DNA of 55,686 bases from Prorocentrum cordatum. Taxonomy: Eukaryota. Under the pieces are notes generated by a model. The model was not told the origin of the DNA. It did not search any database and saw nothing but the letters and a program-made list of their open reading frames with translations. Position 1 is the first letter of the stretch, and the number at the start of each line of letters is the position of its first letter. The translations under genes were made by a program, and so were the position numbers. The stretch spans positions 62,001 to 117,686 of the forward strand of contig CAUYUJ010000142.1 of the NCBI GenBank assembly GCA_963575745.1, given 5' to 3'. This document shows positions 1 through 10,605 of this stretch, piece by piece.

Positions 1-556
1 CCCGCTGACGTATCTCACGGTTCCTCCATCCCTCCCTTGAAACCCATCCCTTGAACTCAACATAACGTGGATTCCAAGCAGGATCGTGCCTGTCCGTACC
101 CGCCTTCGTGGATCCACTTGCTACCGACAACCCGTCCCCCTGCTTGAGCTTCTGAACTTCATTGGTGAGGTCCTGGATCGCCGATTCTGTTTTCGATACC
201 CTGGAGTCCAGGGATGTTTTCAGACCGTCCATTTCCGTACGAATAGAGTTCCTGAACGATTGCATGTCTGCCGTCATAGTCTGTTGTCCCGTCATGATGG
301 ATCGAAACATCTGTTCAATGTCAAGGCCAGCTTCCTGGGCAACCTCATTCGCACCCAATGTCTGTCCCGCACCTCCTCCTTCTCCTTTCCCTCCTCCTTT
401 GACATTACGAGCACGGACAGCTCTAGCAAACGCCCCACCCCCATCATCAATTGTCATGTCCTGGCCCATCGCATGCAAGCCTGGAGCACCTGAAACTGAA
501 GAACCTGCTGGCATCGCTGGTGCAGCACCTGAAACTGAAGAACCTGCTGCAGCCAT
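1..556 (-). CDS. Non-LTR retrotransposon ORF1 (coiled-coil protein), N-terminal part, runs off the left window edge
   Basis: Hand translation from ATG 556 is open to the edge: MAAAGSS...DMTIDDGG...IQDLTNEVQKLKQ...SVASGST...WNPRYVEFKGWV. It aligns by eye with ORF1 at 10606-12100 (NMTVDGG, coiled coil, SVASDAST, FSPTYVELKGWV). Absent from the ORF track because it has no stop in the window. Confidence 0.8.
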   Translation of the reverse strand, partial: MAAAGSSVSGAAPAMPAGSSVSGAPGLHAMGQDMTIDDGGGAFARAVRARNVKGGGKGEGGGAGQTLGANEVAQEAGLDIEQMFRSIMTGQQTMTADMQSFRNSIRTEMDGLKTSLDSRVSKTESAIQDLTNEVQKLKQGDGLSVASGSTKAGTDRHDPAWNPRYVEFKGWVSREGWRNREIRQR

Positions 557-984
557 CTTCCTTTTGTGACTGCGTAATATATTGAAATCGTAACCTTCAC
601 CCTGCACGAAGTGGTTACGCAAGAAATTGAAATCGTAACCTTCACCCTGCACAAACGGCACTGTTGGTGTGAGCGATGGCACACAAATAACAGCTCTCCT
701 GTCACCTCGAGGTGTCCCGACCTGTCTGGCAAGATAGTCCCAGTCCGCGTGACTGAAGTCGGACCCCCAGCACTCCGTCGTTCCAAGAGAGAAGAAAAGA
801 GACAATTGCAGCAGTAGCAATAACAATAACAAGTGCAGGCGGCCTAGCACACGCAATAACAATAACAAGTGCAGCGGCCTAGCTGACCTCGACCTCGCTG
901 AACCCGAAGAAGACGAAGAAGGCAGCGATGGCTGCCGCGCCGCCGTCCCGCGGCGGCGCGCCCCCCACACACGCTAGACGCCTG

Positions 985-1056
985 TGGGATCCAGACGCCT
1001 TGATCCAGACTTGAGCCAAGAGCGTCCAAAACCCGGAGAGCAAGCCTTGATCCAAA
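985..1056 (-). other. Cluster of relict dinoflagellate spliced-leader-like motifs
   Basis: The - strand reads TTTGGATCAAG (1046-1056), CTTGGCTCAAG (1010-1020) and TCTGGATCAAG (999-1009). The DinoSL 3' end is TTTTGGCTCAAG. Confidence 0.6.
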
Positions 1057-1120
1057 CTTGGTAGCGCCCAAAACTCGGAGAGCGAAGAGACCGTCGGGAG
1101 GGGGAAAATATTTCCTCGAG

Positions 1121-1620
1121 AGCGCTGGGGAGCTCCCCTGCAGCGCTGTCGAAGCGCTGCCAGGAACGCATCCACACGCGCCTGCACGCGTGCAGGCACA
1201 CGTGGACAGCGCCCCCGTACCAGCTGCCGGGTCGCCGGAGTTTCTGCGAGGCCTGTGGACCGCCGTGGAGGAGCTCCTGGCGGGCACCACCACCGTCCGG
1301 CTTCTAATCTTAAACCCTTTAGCTCTCAGCGAGCTCTCCGGGAATTTTTTTTCCCGGAGAGCTCGCTGAGAGCTGAAGGGTAAGATTAGAAGCCGGACGG
1401 TGGTGGTGCCCGCCAGGAGCTCCTTTCCGTCGCTCCAGAATCCTCGCAGGAGTTCGTTTGAGCCGGCAGCTGGTCCGGGAGAGCTTCCGGCAAGCTTCCA
1501 CGCGCGCCTGCAAGCGTGCAGGCACGCATGGAAGCGATTCTGGCAGCGCTTCTACAGCAGATTCTGGAAGCTATTCTGGAAGCTCCCCTTCAGCAGCGCT
1601 GCAGGGGAGCTTCCCAGAGC
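1121..1620. repeat. ~500-bp imperfect foldback palindrome
   Basis: 1270-1343 is a near-perfect reverse complement of 1352-1423 around a T-rich spacer. Weaker inverted homology extends to about 1121 and 1620. Confidence 0.85.
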
Positions 1621-1849
1621 CCTCCAGGAAAGATCTTCCAAACCGTAGAGCTTCGCTTAGCAAGTTATTGCTGGAAGAGAGTAATACCTCGTAGAGCTCT
1701 TCGGCATCGATGAGCTATAGGAATTCGGGCGCGGGGTGCAGCTAGTACCTCGTAGAGCTCTTCGTCATCGATGAGCTACAGCAATTCCGGCGCGGGGTGG
1801 AGCTAGTTGGTTCCCGGAGAGCTCTCTGAGAGCTAGAGGGTTTAAGATT

Positions 1850-4800
1850 AGGCGCGTTCAGCTGTTGAACACAGAGGTCTGAACTCGGTCTGCTAGCCGT
1901 GCTAGGTCCGCAAACCTATTCGTTTTATTCGAGTCATCTTGACAGACGCTCTCGGTTTTCTGTACTTAACTCGAGCTACAGGACAGCTACAGAGCACGTA
2001 CAGAATCTGATTCAGAATCATCAGTGGCCGTTGTCTGTTGAATCCAGAGCTCTGAACTCGGTCTGCTGCCCGATCTAGAATGGCGAAACTATTGGTATTG
2101 GTCGAGTCATCTTGAGAGATGCTGTCGGTTCTCTGCACTTAACTCGGGTTGTAAGGGGACTGCAGGGCTGGTAATCACAGCAATCGATTCGGGTACCTCG
2201 CGCGTCCGCCTTTCGAATGCAGAGCTCCGAACTCTGTCTGCCGCCCGAACTAGTTCCGCGAAGTTATTCGCATTGTTCGAGTCATCCTGAGAGGTGCTGT
2301 CGGTTTCCTGCACTAACTCGAGCTGTAAGGGGCTGCAGGGCTGGTAATAACAGAAATCGATTCAGAGACATCAGACGCGTCCGCCTGTCGTATGCAGAGG
2401 TCTGAACTCGGTATGATACTCGAGCTACGTTTGCCAAACTATTCGTATTGTTCGAGTCATCTTGAGAGGTGCTGTCGATTTACGCACGTAATGGGAACCG
2501 GCGGTAAACCGTCAACCAGGTTACCGCCGGCGCCCTCGTAGAGCTCTTCTTGCACACAGCGCTCCTCAGTAAGCATCAAGGAAGCGTCCAGGGCAAGACC
2601 TCAGAAACTCGAAAAATCACATTTTTCTGTTTTTGTCCAACGTCGGTTCCTCCAAGTCAACTAATACTAAATCTGGCTCTAGAGAGCTGAGATTCTCAGG
2701 GAACAAAGTTTATATCCCAATGCTCGGAGTCAAAAACTGCTTTCTTAAAATGAATTGCCAAATATCTTTCAAATCTTAGCTAAACCGGCCAAAAGTTATC
2801 ACATCTTCTTTTCTGGTCGGGTCGACCAACTGGGCGCCGGCGGCAAACCGTCAACCTTCGTTACCGCCGGGGGGCTCGGAGAGCTTCCTGACAACATAAT
2901 GTCGAAAAAAATTACACTAAAAAATATTTTTTTCAGCCCAAGCAAGTTCAGACCTATCCGTAACAGCCGAACGCCCCAGATGCTTCTGGATTGTCTTCTG
3001 TACGAGCTCTGTAGCTCTCCTACAGCCCGAGTTACGTGCGTAAATCGAGAGCACCTCTCAAGATGACTCGAACAATACGAATAGTTTGGAAAACCTAGCT
3101 CGAGTATCAGACCGAGTTCAGACCTCTGCATGTGACAGGCGGACGCGTCTGATATCTCCGAATCGATTCCTGTGATTACCAGCCCTGCAGCCCCCCTACA
3201 GCCCGAGTTAAGTGCAGGAAACCGACAGCACCTCTCAGGATGACTCGAACAATACGAATAGTTTTGCGGACCTAGTTCGGGCAGCAGACAGAGTTCAGAG
3301 ATCTGGATTCGAAAGGCGGACACACCTGATGTCTCCGAATCGATTCCAGTCATTGCCAGCCATGCAGCCCCCCTAAAGCCCCAGTTAAGTGCAGAGAACC
3401 GACAGCATCTCTCAAGATGACTCAAACAATACGAATATTTTCGCGATTCTAGATCGGGCAGCAGACCGAGTTCAGAGCTCTGATTTCAACAGACAACGGC
3501 CACTGATGATTCTGAATCAGATTCTGTACGTATCAGCTCTGTAGCTGTTATATAGCTCGAGTTGAGTAAAGAAAATCCAGAGCGTCTGTCAAGATGACTC
3601 GAATAATACGAATAGGTTTGCGGACCTAGCTCGGCAGGCAGACCGAGTTCAGACCTCTGGGTTCAACAGGCGAACGCGCCTGATCATTCTGAATCGATTA
3701 GCTGTGCTTACCAGCTCTGTAGCTGTCCTAACGCTCGAGTTATTTCAAGAACACCGACAGCGCGTGACAAGATGACCCGAAACGGACGATCCCGCCGCAG
3801 TGCTTTTTGGCAGTAAAAGGTACCCGATCGAGCTGAGGTCAAGATGGCGAGCGGGAATAAGATCGAATATCACGGGAAAAAATACTAGAGCTCTAACGAA
3901 TTGTTGAATTTCGAGAACAAAATTTTCAACCGACCAAAAGTCACCAAAATGTCCGTCGATATTTTTCTTGCCGACTAGCTCTCGAGCGCCCCGGAATTAC
4001 TCTTCAGCTTCCAGCAACAACTGGGAACCGGCGGTAAACCGTCAACCAGGTCACCGCCGGGCCCCTCGTAGAGCTCTTCCCTCGCACGGCGCTCTCCAGT
4101 GCACATCTAGGAAGAGTCTGCAGCAAAACTCAAAAAACTCGAAAAAACACGTTTTCATATTTCTATCAAAAGACGGTTCCGCCAAGTGTTTGGATAGTAA
4201 TACTGCGCCTACGGACCTCAGAATTCACTGGCGGACGCGAAGAAACCCACTACAGGTGCGGAAAATACCGGTTCTCAAAACGAATGTTCAAATCTCTCAG
4301 AAAGATCGTCCAACCGACCCAAAGTTCGCACATTGTCCGTCGGGGCCGGGTCGGCCAACTGAGCGCCGGCGGTAAACCGTCAACCTTTGTTACCGCCGGG
4401 GACTCGTAGAGCTTCCTGACAACATATAATGTCGAGAAAAATTACACAGAAAAATAGTTTTCAGCCCAAGCAATTTCAAACCTCTCGGATGCAACAGCCG
4501 AGCCCCCGATGCTTCTGGATTGTCTTCTGTACGAGCTCTGTAGCTCTTCTACAGCCCGAGTTACGTGCGTAAATCGACAGCACCTCTCAAGATGACTCGA
4601 ACAATGCGAATAGTTTGGCAAACCTAGTATCAGACTGAGTTCAGACCTCTGCATGCGACAGGCGGACGCGTCTGATGTCTCTGAATCGATTCCAGTGACT
4701 ACCAGCCATGCAGCCCCCCCCCCCTACAGCCCGAGTTAAGTGCAGAGAACCGACAGCATCTCTGAACTCGAAGACTACGAATAGTTACGCGATTCTAGTT

Positions 4801-5360
4801 CAACAGACAACAGCCTCTGATGATTCTGAATCGATTTCTGTACGTATCAGCTCTGTAGCTGTCCTATAGCTCGAGTTTAGCACAGAAAACCGAGAGCGTC
4901 TGTCAAGATGACTCGAATAATACGAATAGGTTTGCAGACCTAGCTCGGCTAACAGACCGAGTTCAGACCTCTGGGTTCAACAGGCGAACGCGCCTGATCA
5001 TTCTGGATTGATTAGCTGTGCTTACCAGCTCTGTGTCCTGAAGCCCGAGTTAAGTCCATACCGATGGCGCGTATGAAGATGACTCGAAACGGCCGATCCC
5101 GCCACAGTGCTTTTCGATAGCCTTCTACAGTCCGAGATAAGTGCAGAAAACGGTCAGCACCTCTCCAGACGATTCCAACAACACGAATAGTTTCGCGATC
5201 CTAGCTCGGGCAACAGACCGAGTTCAGACCTCTGCATGCAACAGACAAATGCGCCTGATGATTCGCAATCGATTGCTGTGATAATGAGCTCTGTAGCTGC
5301 CCTACAGATCGAGTTAAGTACAAAATACCGACAATGCATATGAAGATGACTCGAAACAGC
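1850..5360. repeat. Diverged ~175-177-bp tandem repeat arrays internal to the HLE2-like elements (1850-2490 in the opposite orientation to 2940-3790 and 4470-5360)
   Basis: Anchor t(c/t)gaactc recurs at about 1878, 2051, 2226 and 2401. Anchor gagttcag recurs at about 3114, 3291, 3468 and 3644. Confidence 0.9.
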
Positions 5361-5888
5361 CGATCCCGCCGCGATGCTTTTTGCGGAAATATTTACCCGA
5401 TCGAGCTGAGATTAAGATGGCGAGCGGGAACAAGATCGAATATGGTCAGAAAAAATACTAGAGCTCAAACGAATTGTTGAATTCCGAGAACAAAATTTTC
5501 AACCGACCAAAAGTCAGCAAAAGGTCCGTCGAGATTTTTCTTGCCAACTGGGAGCCGGCACCGGGAGCCTCGTAGAGCTCGTGCGGAGCTGCCCGCTAGA
5601 CATTAAGAGAGTTTTTTTTTCAAGATATCGTGAATTGACTACAGAAAACGGACAGCACTCGTCAAAATGACTCGAAGAATATAAATAGATTTGCGGACCT
5701 AGCTTGAGCAGCAGACCGAGTTCAGAGCTGTAGATCGAACAGAGGAACGTGCCTCATAATTTTCAATTGGTCTCTGTAAACATCAGCTCTGTAGCTGTCC
5801 TATATCCCGAGATACGTACAGGAAAGCGCCAAAGCGAGTCAAGATGACTCGAAACGGCCGTCGGTTCCAGCAAGTGTTTTGGTAGTAA

Positions 5889-6442
5889 TACCTCGTAGAG
5901 CTCTTCGGCAAGATGAGTTTAGAGGAATTCGGGCGCAGGGTGGAGCTAGTTGGCCGACCCGATCTTAAGAGACAATGTGGTAACTTTGGGTCGGTTTTGC
6001 AATCTTGGTGCAAAATTTTGAAGTTCGTTTTCGGAACCGGTATTTTTCTCACCTGTAGTGGGTTGTGCCGCGTCTGCCAGTGAAATTCTCAGGTCCGTAG
6101 CTGCAATATTACTATCGAAAGACTTGAGGGAACCGTCGGCAGTTTCCCGCATCTTCACACGCGTTGACAGTTTTCTGTCCTTCTCAAGATTTAGGAGAGG
6201 TATAGAGCTGCTACTTACAGAAACCGATTCAGAATCATCAGGCGCGTTTGTCTGTTCGATCGAGAGGTCTGAACTCGATCTGCTACTCGAGCTAGATGCT
6301 CGAAACTGTTCGTATTATACGAGTGATCTGAGAGCTGTCGGTTCCCTAGCTCACGCGTGAGAAAGCTTCCCCATGTGTTCCAAGCAGCGTCGTGCAGACA
6401 AGAGCTCTACGAGGCTTCTGGCGGTAACCTGGTTGACGGTTT
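5889..6442 (+). mobile_element. Non-autonomous HLE2-like copy whose 3' hairpin is broken by the LINE insertion
   Basis: Starts TACCTCGTAGAGCTCTTC. The 3' inverted repeat AAGAGCTCTACGAGG is at 6400-6414, followed by the half-hairpin GCGGTAACCTGGTTGACGGTTT, then LINE sequence. Confidence 0.75.
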
Positions 6443-6634
6443 TTTGCGGACTTCGCGGTCGACTGCGCAGGCTTTCCAGCCTAGTCGGAAGCAAGGAGCG
6501 GGCGCATCGGGAGTAGGCGGAAGCCTCACCGATCCAAACGATCAGAGGCGAAAGCCAACTCTTATTAGGAGGATGAGAGGTCAAGCACACACACACGACA
6601 AACAAAGGCATGGCGTGAGTGAGCACAATCAAAA

Positions 6635-9600
6635 TCACATCATATCCTGTCCGAAATACGCTTGTACAACCCGCGGCAAGATCATAATCGCATGCTCAAC
6701 GGCCGAGACCTCGGCATCAGTCACTGTTGAAGTTGGATCAATCGAGAGTGCCGCACTGTACACCTCCGTCCAAATAATCTCATGGCTGAGTGGCTGCCTT
6801 GAGAGCCTCGATACCCGTCCAACATCTATCCAGCACCCGACTCCCACGCCGTCGCAAGAGACACCACCATCGAATCCAGCTCCGATGGCACAAACGCGAA
6901 ACACCTGTTGTAACTGAGGGGCGTGAAGCCCTATCCTATCTCGAATCACTGGTGGCCCGACACGAGCCGTATGAGTGAGTACATCTGCACGCGTGTTCCA
7001 TTCCCTATATGTGTGGTCTACAATCCCCCTCCCATGACAGGCAGGCCTAATTCCATACCTTTGACACATGTTGTCGAGTTGGTTTATCATTCTGTTGATC
7101 CTATCCTGATAGGTACGATTAAGCACCCTCCAGACACCCTGCAGCCAAGACGCCACCAGAAGGCTGTCCCCAGAAATGTGCACAGGGATCCCAAATGAGT
7201 CGAGGTCGTACTCAACCTCCTTCATATTTTGTAACGCAATACGTTTGGCCAGTTTGTCGTTGAACGCCGCAGTGCCCTCTTGGGCCCCATAGGTGCGCAG
7301 GTCGTTTTGTGTGCTGGTAAGTACCTCCTGCGGGGCCCCACCTGTTGTACCGTACCCTTTTCTTTTCTGAAAATAACTCAACATCGTCCGTGTACACATG
7401 TGCTCGCAGAACTGAACATACGCAGCATCTGTCGGCACAAAGGACCCCCACCATTTGAGTCCGTAGAATTCGCAGAAAGAAAATAGCCAGCATCTCTGGC
7501 CGACAGCTCGACCTGAACTAACGTGTCTCCTTTTTAGCTGCGAAGCCTCTTGGAAGTGAAACATACCCCGCAAGCACTCAGACGCATCCGTCCTGAGTCT
7601 GTCCGACAGTGGGCCATACGCAACCGTAGTCATGTGGTGATCTCTCCACGTACGTTGCGTCGAAGATATTTCCTCATGAGAAGCAGTACACAACATAGAA
7701 ATGAAATCAGCAGCATCCTTAGCGGAGTTCCACACCATACGAAGAAATCGCTGCACCAAACTCGCAAATCCATAAGATCGAAATTGCTCTCTGGCCTCGT
7801 GGTACCGTCGTCGGTTCCAGTCCGCCATAGTCTCCTCCTCTCTCCTCGGCCGTCGAAACATTCGGCACAAACACCATCCCTCGAAGGCATTGAGCACGTG
7901 CAGCGAGGAAGTATCAGCAGTACATGTCTCTAGACAACACAACGCCATACTCTGCACCTTGTATTGATAACGACAAAACTTATCACGAACAGCTACCGCT
8001 CTGTTACGAAAGAAATTCGACTGTCCAATGAAATAAGCACGAGCCTCCTTGATGCGATATTCCACATCAGGATGAGCGGGCACTAAGTAGGTGGAGAAAA
8101 TCTCATGACCCAATACTTTCATTCTGCAAACTCGTCGAAGTCTGAAGTCCTGATATCTCGAGCACGCAGGTATACACAAATCCTCGCTGGTAAGTGTATG
8201 TCCGTCACCGTCCACTTTCGCATTTTCCCCACATGTCATGTACAACAGGCTGCTATCCTTCCATCTCATCCCCCAGTCATGTAGTGGTAGTGTTAGATCG
8301 TGCATCATCTGAGCCAACACAGTTGAGGAGGCAGAGACAAGGTAGCAGTTGTCCGCCCACACAAAGTGGTTCACTATTGTCCGTCGCTCATACTCACCAC
8401 AGACGCCCTCCAGCACATACCCCACTCATCTACTGTCCCAATCCCGAAATATAGGTCCCCACATGGCACATATGATAAGATTAAAGAGAAGAGGCCCCTC
8501 AGGGCCGCCCGTCCGTATGCAGACGTCCCAGTTGATGTCGTGAATGGCCATACCCTCGACAACTAACGACCCCGTAGTGCAAACCAGCGGTGATAGCAAA
8601 GCATACTGGAGATAGGCAGGAATATTGGCATGGCACATAGCTCGCTTGGCGTTTTGAAGGCTGCAGTGGTCGAACGCTTGTTTGATATCGGCGTTAGCGA
8701 TATGGACCGTCTGATCCTTTCCCCAGATGTCCCCATGTTGAGCCAGAGCCTTGAGGGCCCCCACAATTTCCACCGTCTTACGTCCCTCCTGGAAGCCGTA
8801 GATGCCCAGGGGTCCCATGAGGCCAGCCCGAGACACAAATTGTTCGACCAAGATCACCACACAAGCAGAATACCAACGGCTGAGACTGTTTTGCAGACAG
8901 AGGTACCGTGCATCTGTCAGCGATGTCAAGCTCGGCAGCTTGGGCATGAAGGCGATCAAAATTTGCCTCCAGTCCTGCGGACACTGCCGTGCCAAGCGAA
9001 ATATCTCATCAAACATCCGAGCAACGCCACGCAAAGTCGCCCACGGCAATGCCTTGAGTATTTCACAAGGCAGCCTGTCGGGGCCAGTGGCACGCTTGGA
9101 CTTGAGACGTGACCGTGCCTGGCATACCACCGCCATTGTCAGTCCCTCAGTGCAGTACCCGTCACATAGGTTCTGTTGTGCATCCCTCCTCAACTCCTCC
9201 AACATCGCCATATCCCGTCCTCTGACCTCCTCCGAAGTATACCTCTGTCTGGTATGTGCTCTGATCTCCTCCACCCACTCCTCCCTGTCCTCAGATATCC
9301 GTCCCTGCACAATGAGGTGCTTGATACCATGACGCTCTTTGCGCCTGGAGGCAGGAGAGGTCCACGCGGCCAACGCCGCACGATACTCCCTCCGCAGTCC
9401 GTTGGCACGTCTGCGCAAGCTGGGCACATCCACTGACGCTGGCAGAGGCTTCCGTCGCAAAATCTCCTGGCAGGCCGTGAGCCCTGCAGGCCTAATTGGC
9501 GGTAGTCCCCGTCCCGTGGTGGCAGTCGCGAATTTGATTTCCCCCTGCTCAGTACAGGCCCGAATAGTGGTCGACACAAGGTCCCCTGGAGAACAAGTAG

Positions 9601-9790
9601 TACTGGCATCTCCCAAGACCCGATCGATTTCCTTTCGCGCCATATTGAGGTCCCCCCAATTCACCGTCTTATAACCTACCAAACTCTTTTCACGAACTGC
9701 CGTCGGGATACTACGTTTGACCAGCTCAGCGCCTGTGTCACTAAAAGTCCCCTGAAGCAGGCCATGGTCGCTGAGACGACTACGATTTGT
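6635..9790 (-). pseudogene. ORF2 reverse transcriptase + RNase H region (one in-frame TGA at 8426-8428)
   Basis: RT motifs: KRATGPD, PQDWR...FMPK, YGFQEGR, ADIKQAFD, IRTGGPEGPLLFN, WADN, MKVLG. RNase H motifs: GDSLLV, HTYREWNTRAD, FDGG, DAEVSA. Confidence 0.92.
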
Positions 9791-10605
9791 CTTCCCCCAT
9801 TACTCGTGATATTTTCGACCGTCATCTCATCTATCACCCACGTCCTGGGAACAAAAATGCAATCAAGAACCTTCTTACACGTCCCCCACCGAGATACTCC
9901 GTAGCTCTCCCATGTGTGTAGTCGTCGTGGCAAGAACGACTTGGCAGCCTTCATCCCCAGGCGCCCTAGAAAACACAGAACACGCTCGCGCAACTGTTGT
10001 CGTACGTCCCTCCTCACCCGCTGTGCACCACCCTCCTCGCAAGTCCTCCTCTCCTCCTTGGTAGCACTTCCCACCGCCTCATAGACAGTCCCAGTGCGCG
10101 AGCACTGCAGCTGAGTTGATGGGGATAGCTCAACGTTGGCATCGAGCAGCACAGAGACAGTCGCTCCCTTCCAGCGGCTGCGCAGAGTGAGAATAACTGA
10201 CTCGAGCGCGTCCAACACCACGCACTGCACATCTACGGCGTTCTCGACGCCGGGGTCGGGAAGATACGCAGAGGCAACTATCACAGGGGCACTTCCACTA
10301 CCAAAGACCACCACACAGAACCGTTCATATTGACATATTGATTCACGCACACACGTACTCCACTCTTTGTTAAATAATAACCCACACTTACCGTCACAAC
10401 TCACACGATATGAAAGGCCACACCGTCTGATATATGCATCGAATTTGCCTCCAAAAAGATTCTGGCATTCCTGAACACCCCAGATGCAATCTCGCATTGA
10501 AAGGCACCTCAGAATCTCATTCCCCTTGAAATTGGCCGACCCCGCCCGATTGAGGTTCCAGCTACCCAGTCGGATCCCCTTGAACGGTGTTCGGCGTCGT
10601 CGTCG
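9760..10605 (-). pseudogene. ORF2 apurinic-like (APE/EEP) endonuclease, two frameshifts
   Basis: GSWNLN (~10550-10565, in the ORF1 frame), then GVQE, SAYLP, LLDAN, HTW and LDCIF in ORF 9676..10497, then LSDH in the RT frame near 9765. Frameshifts near 10500 and 9795. Confidence 0.85.

Larger units (their letters stand above)
1..1060 (-). mobile_element. 5' end of a second, diverged LINE of the same family as 6443-12205
   Basis: ORF1 homology plus shared 5' nucleotide blocks (cctagctgacctcga, ggcagcgatggctgccgcgccgcc, gtgggatcc) at 878-992 and 12070-12167. Confidence 0.75.
1640..6442. mobile_element. Nest of non-autonomous HLE2 (Helitron2/Helentron)-like elements, left block
   Basis: 3' hairpin termini (- strand elements) begin at 2491, 2830, 4021, 4359 and 5548. 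5' termini TACCTCGTAGAGCTC (+ strand elements) are at 1685, 1746 and 5889. Internal modules are shared. Confidence 0.75.

Noticed and set aside
1685..1806. 61-bp module ending CTAG read as a mini canonical Helitron
   Set aside because: It is the 5' ATIR region of the HLE2 elements; CTAG is internal and marks an insertion hot spot.
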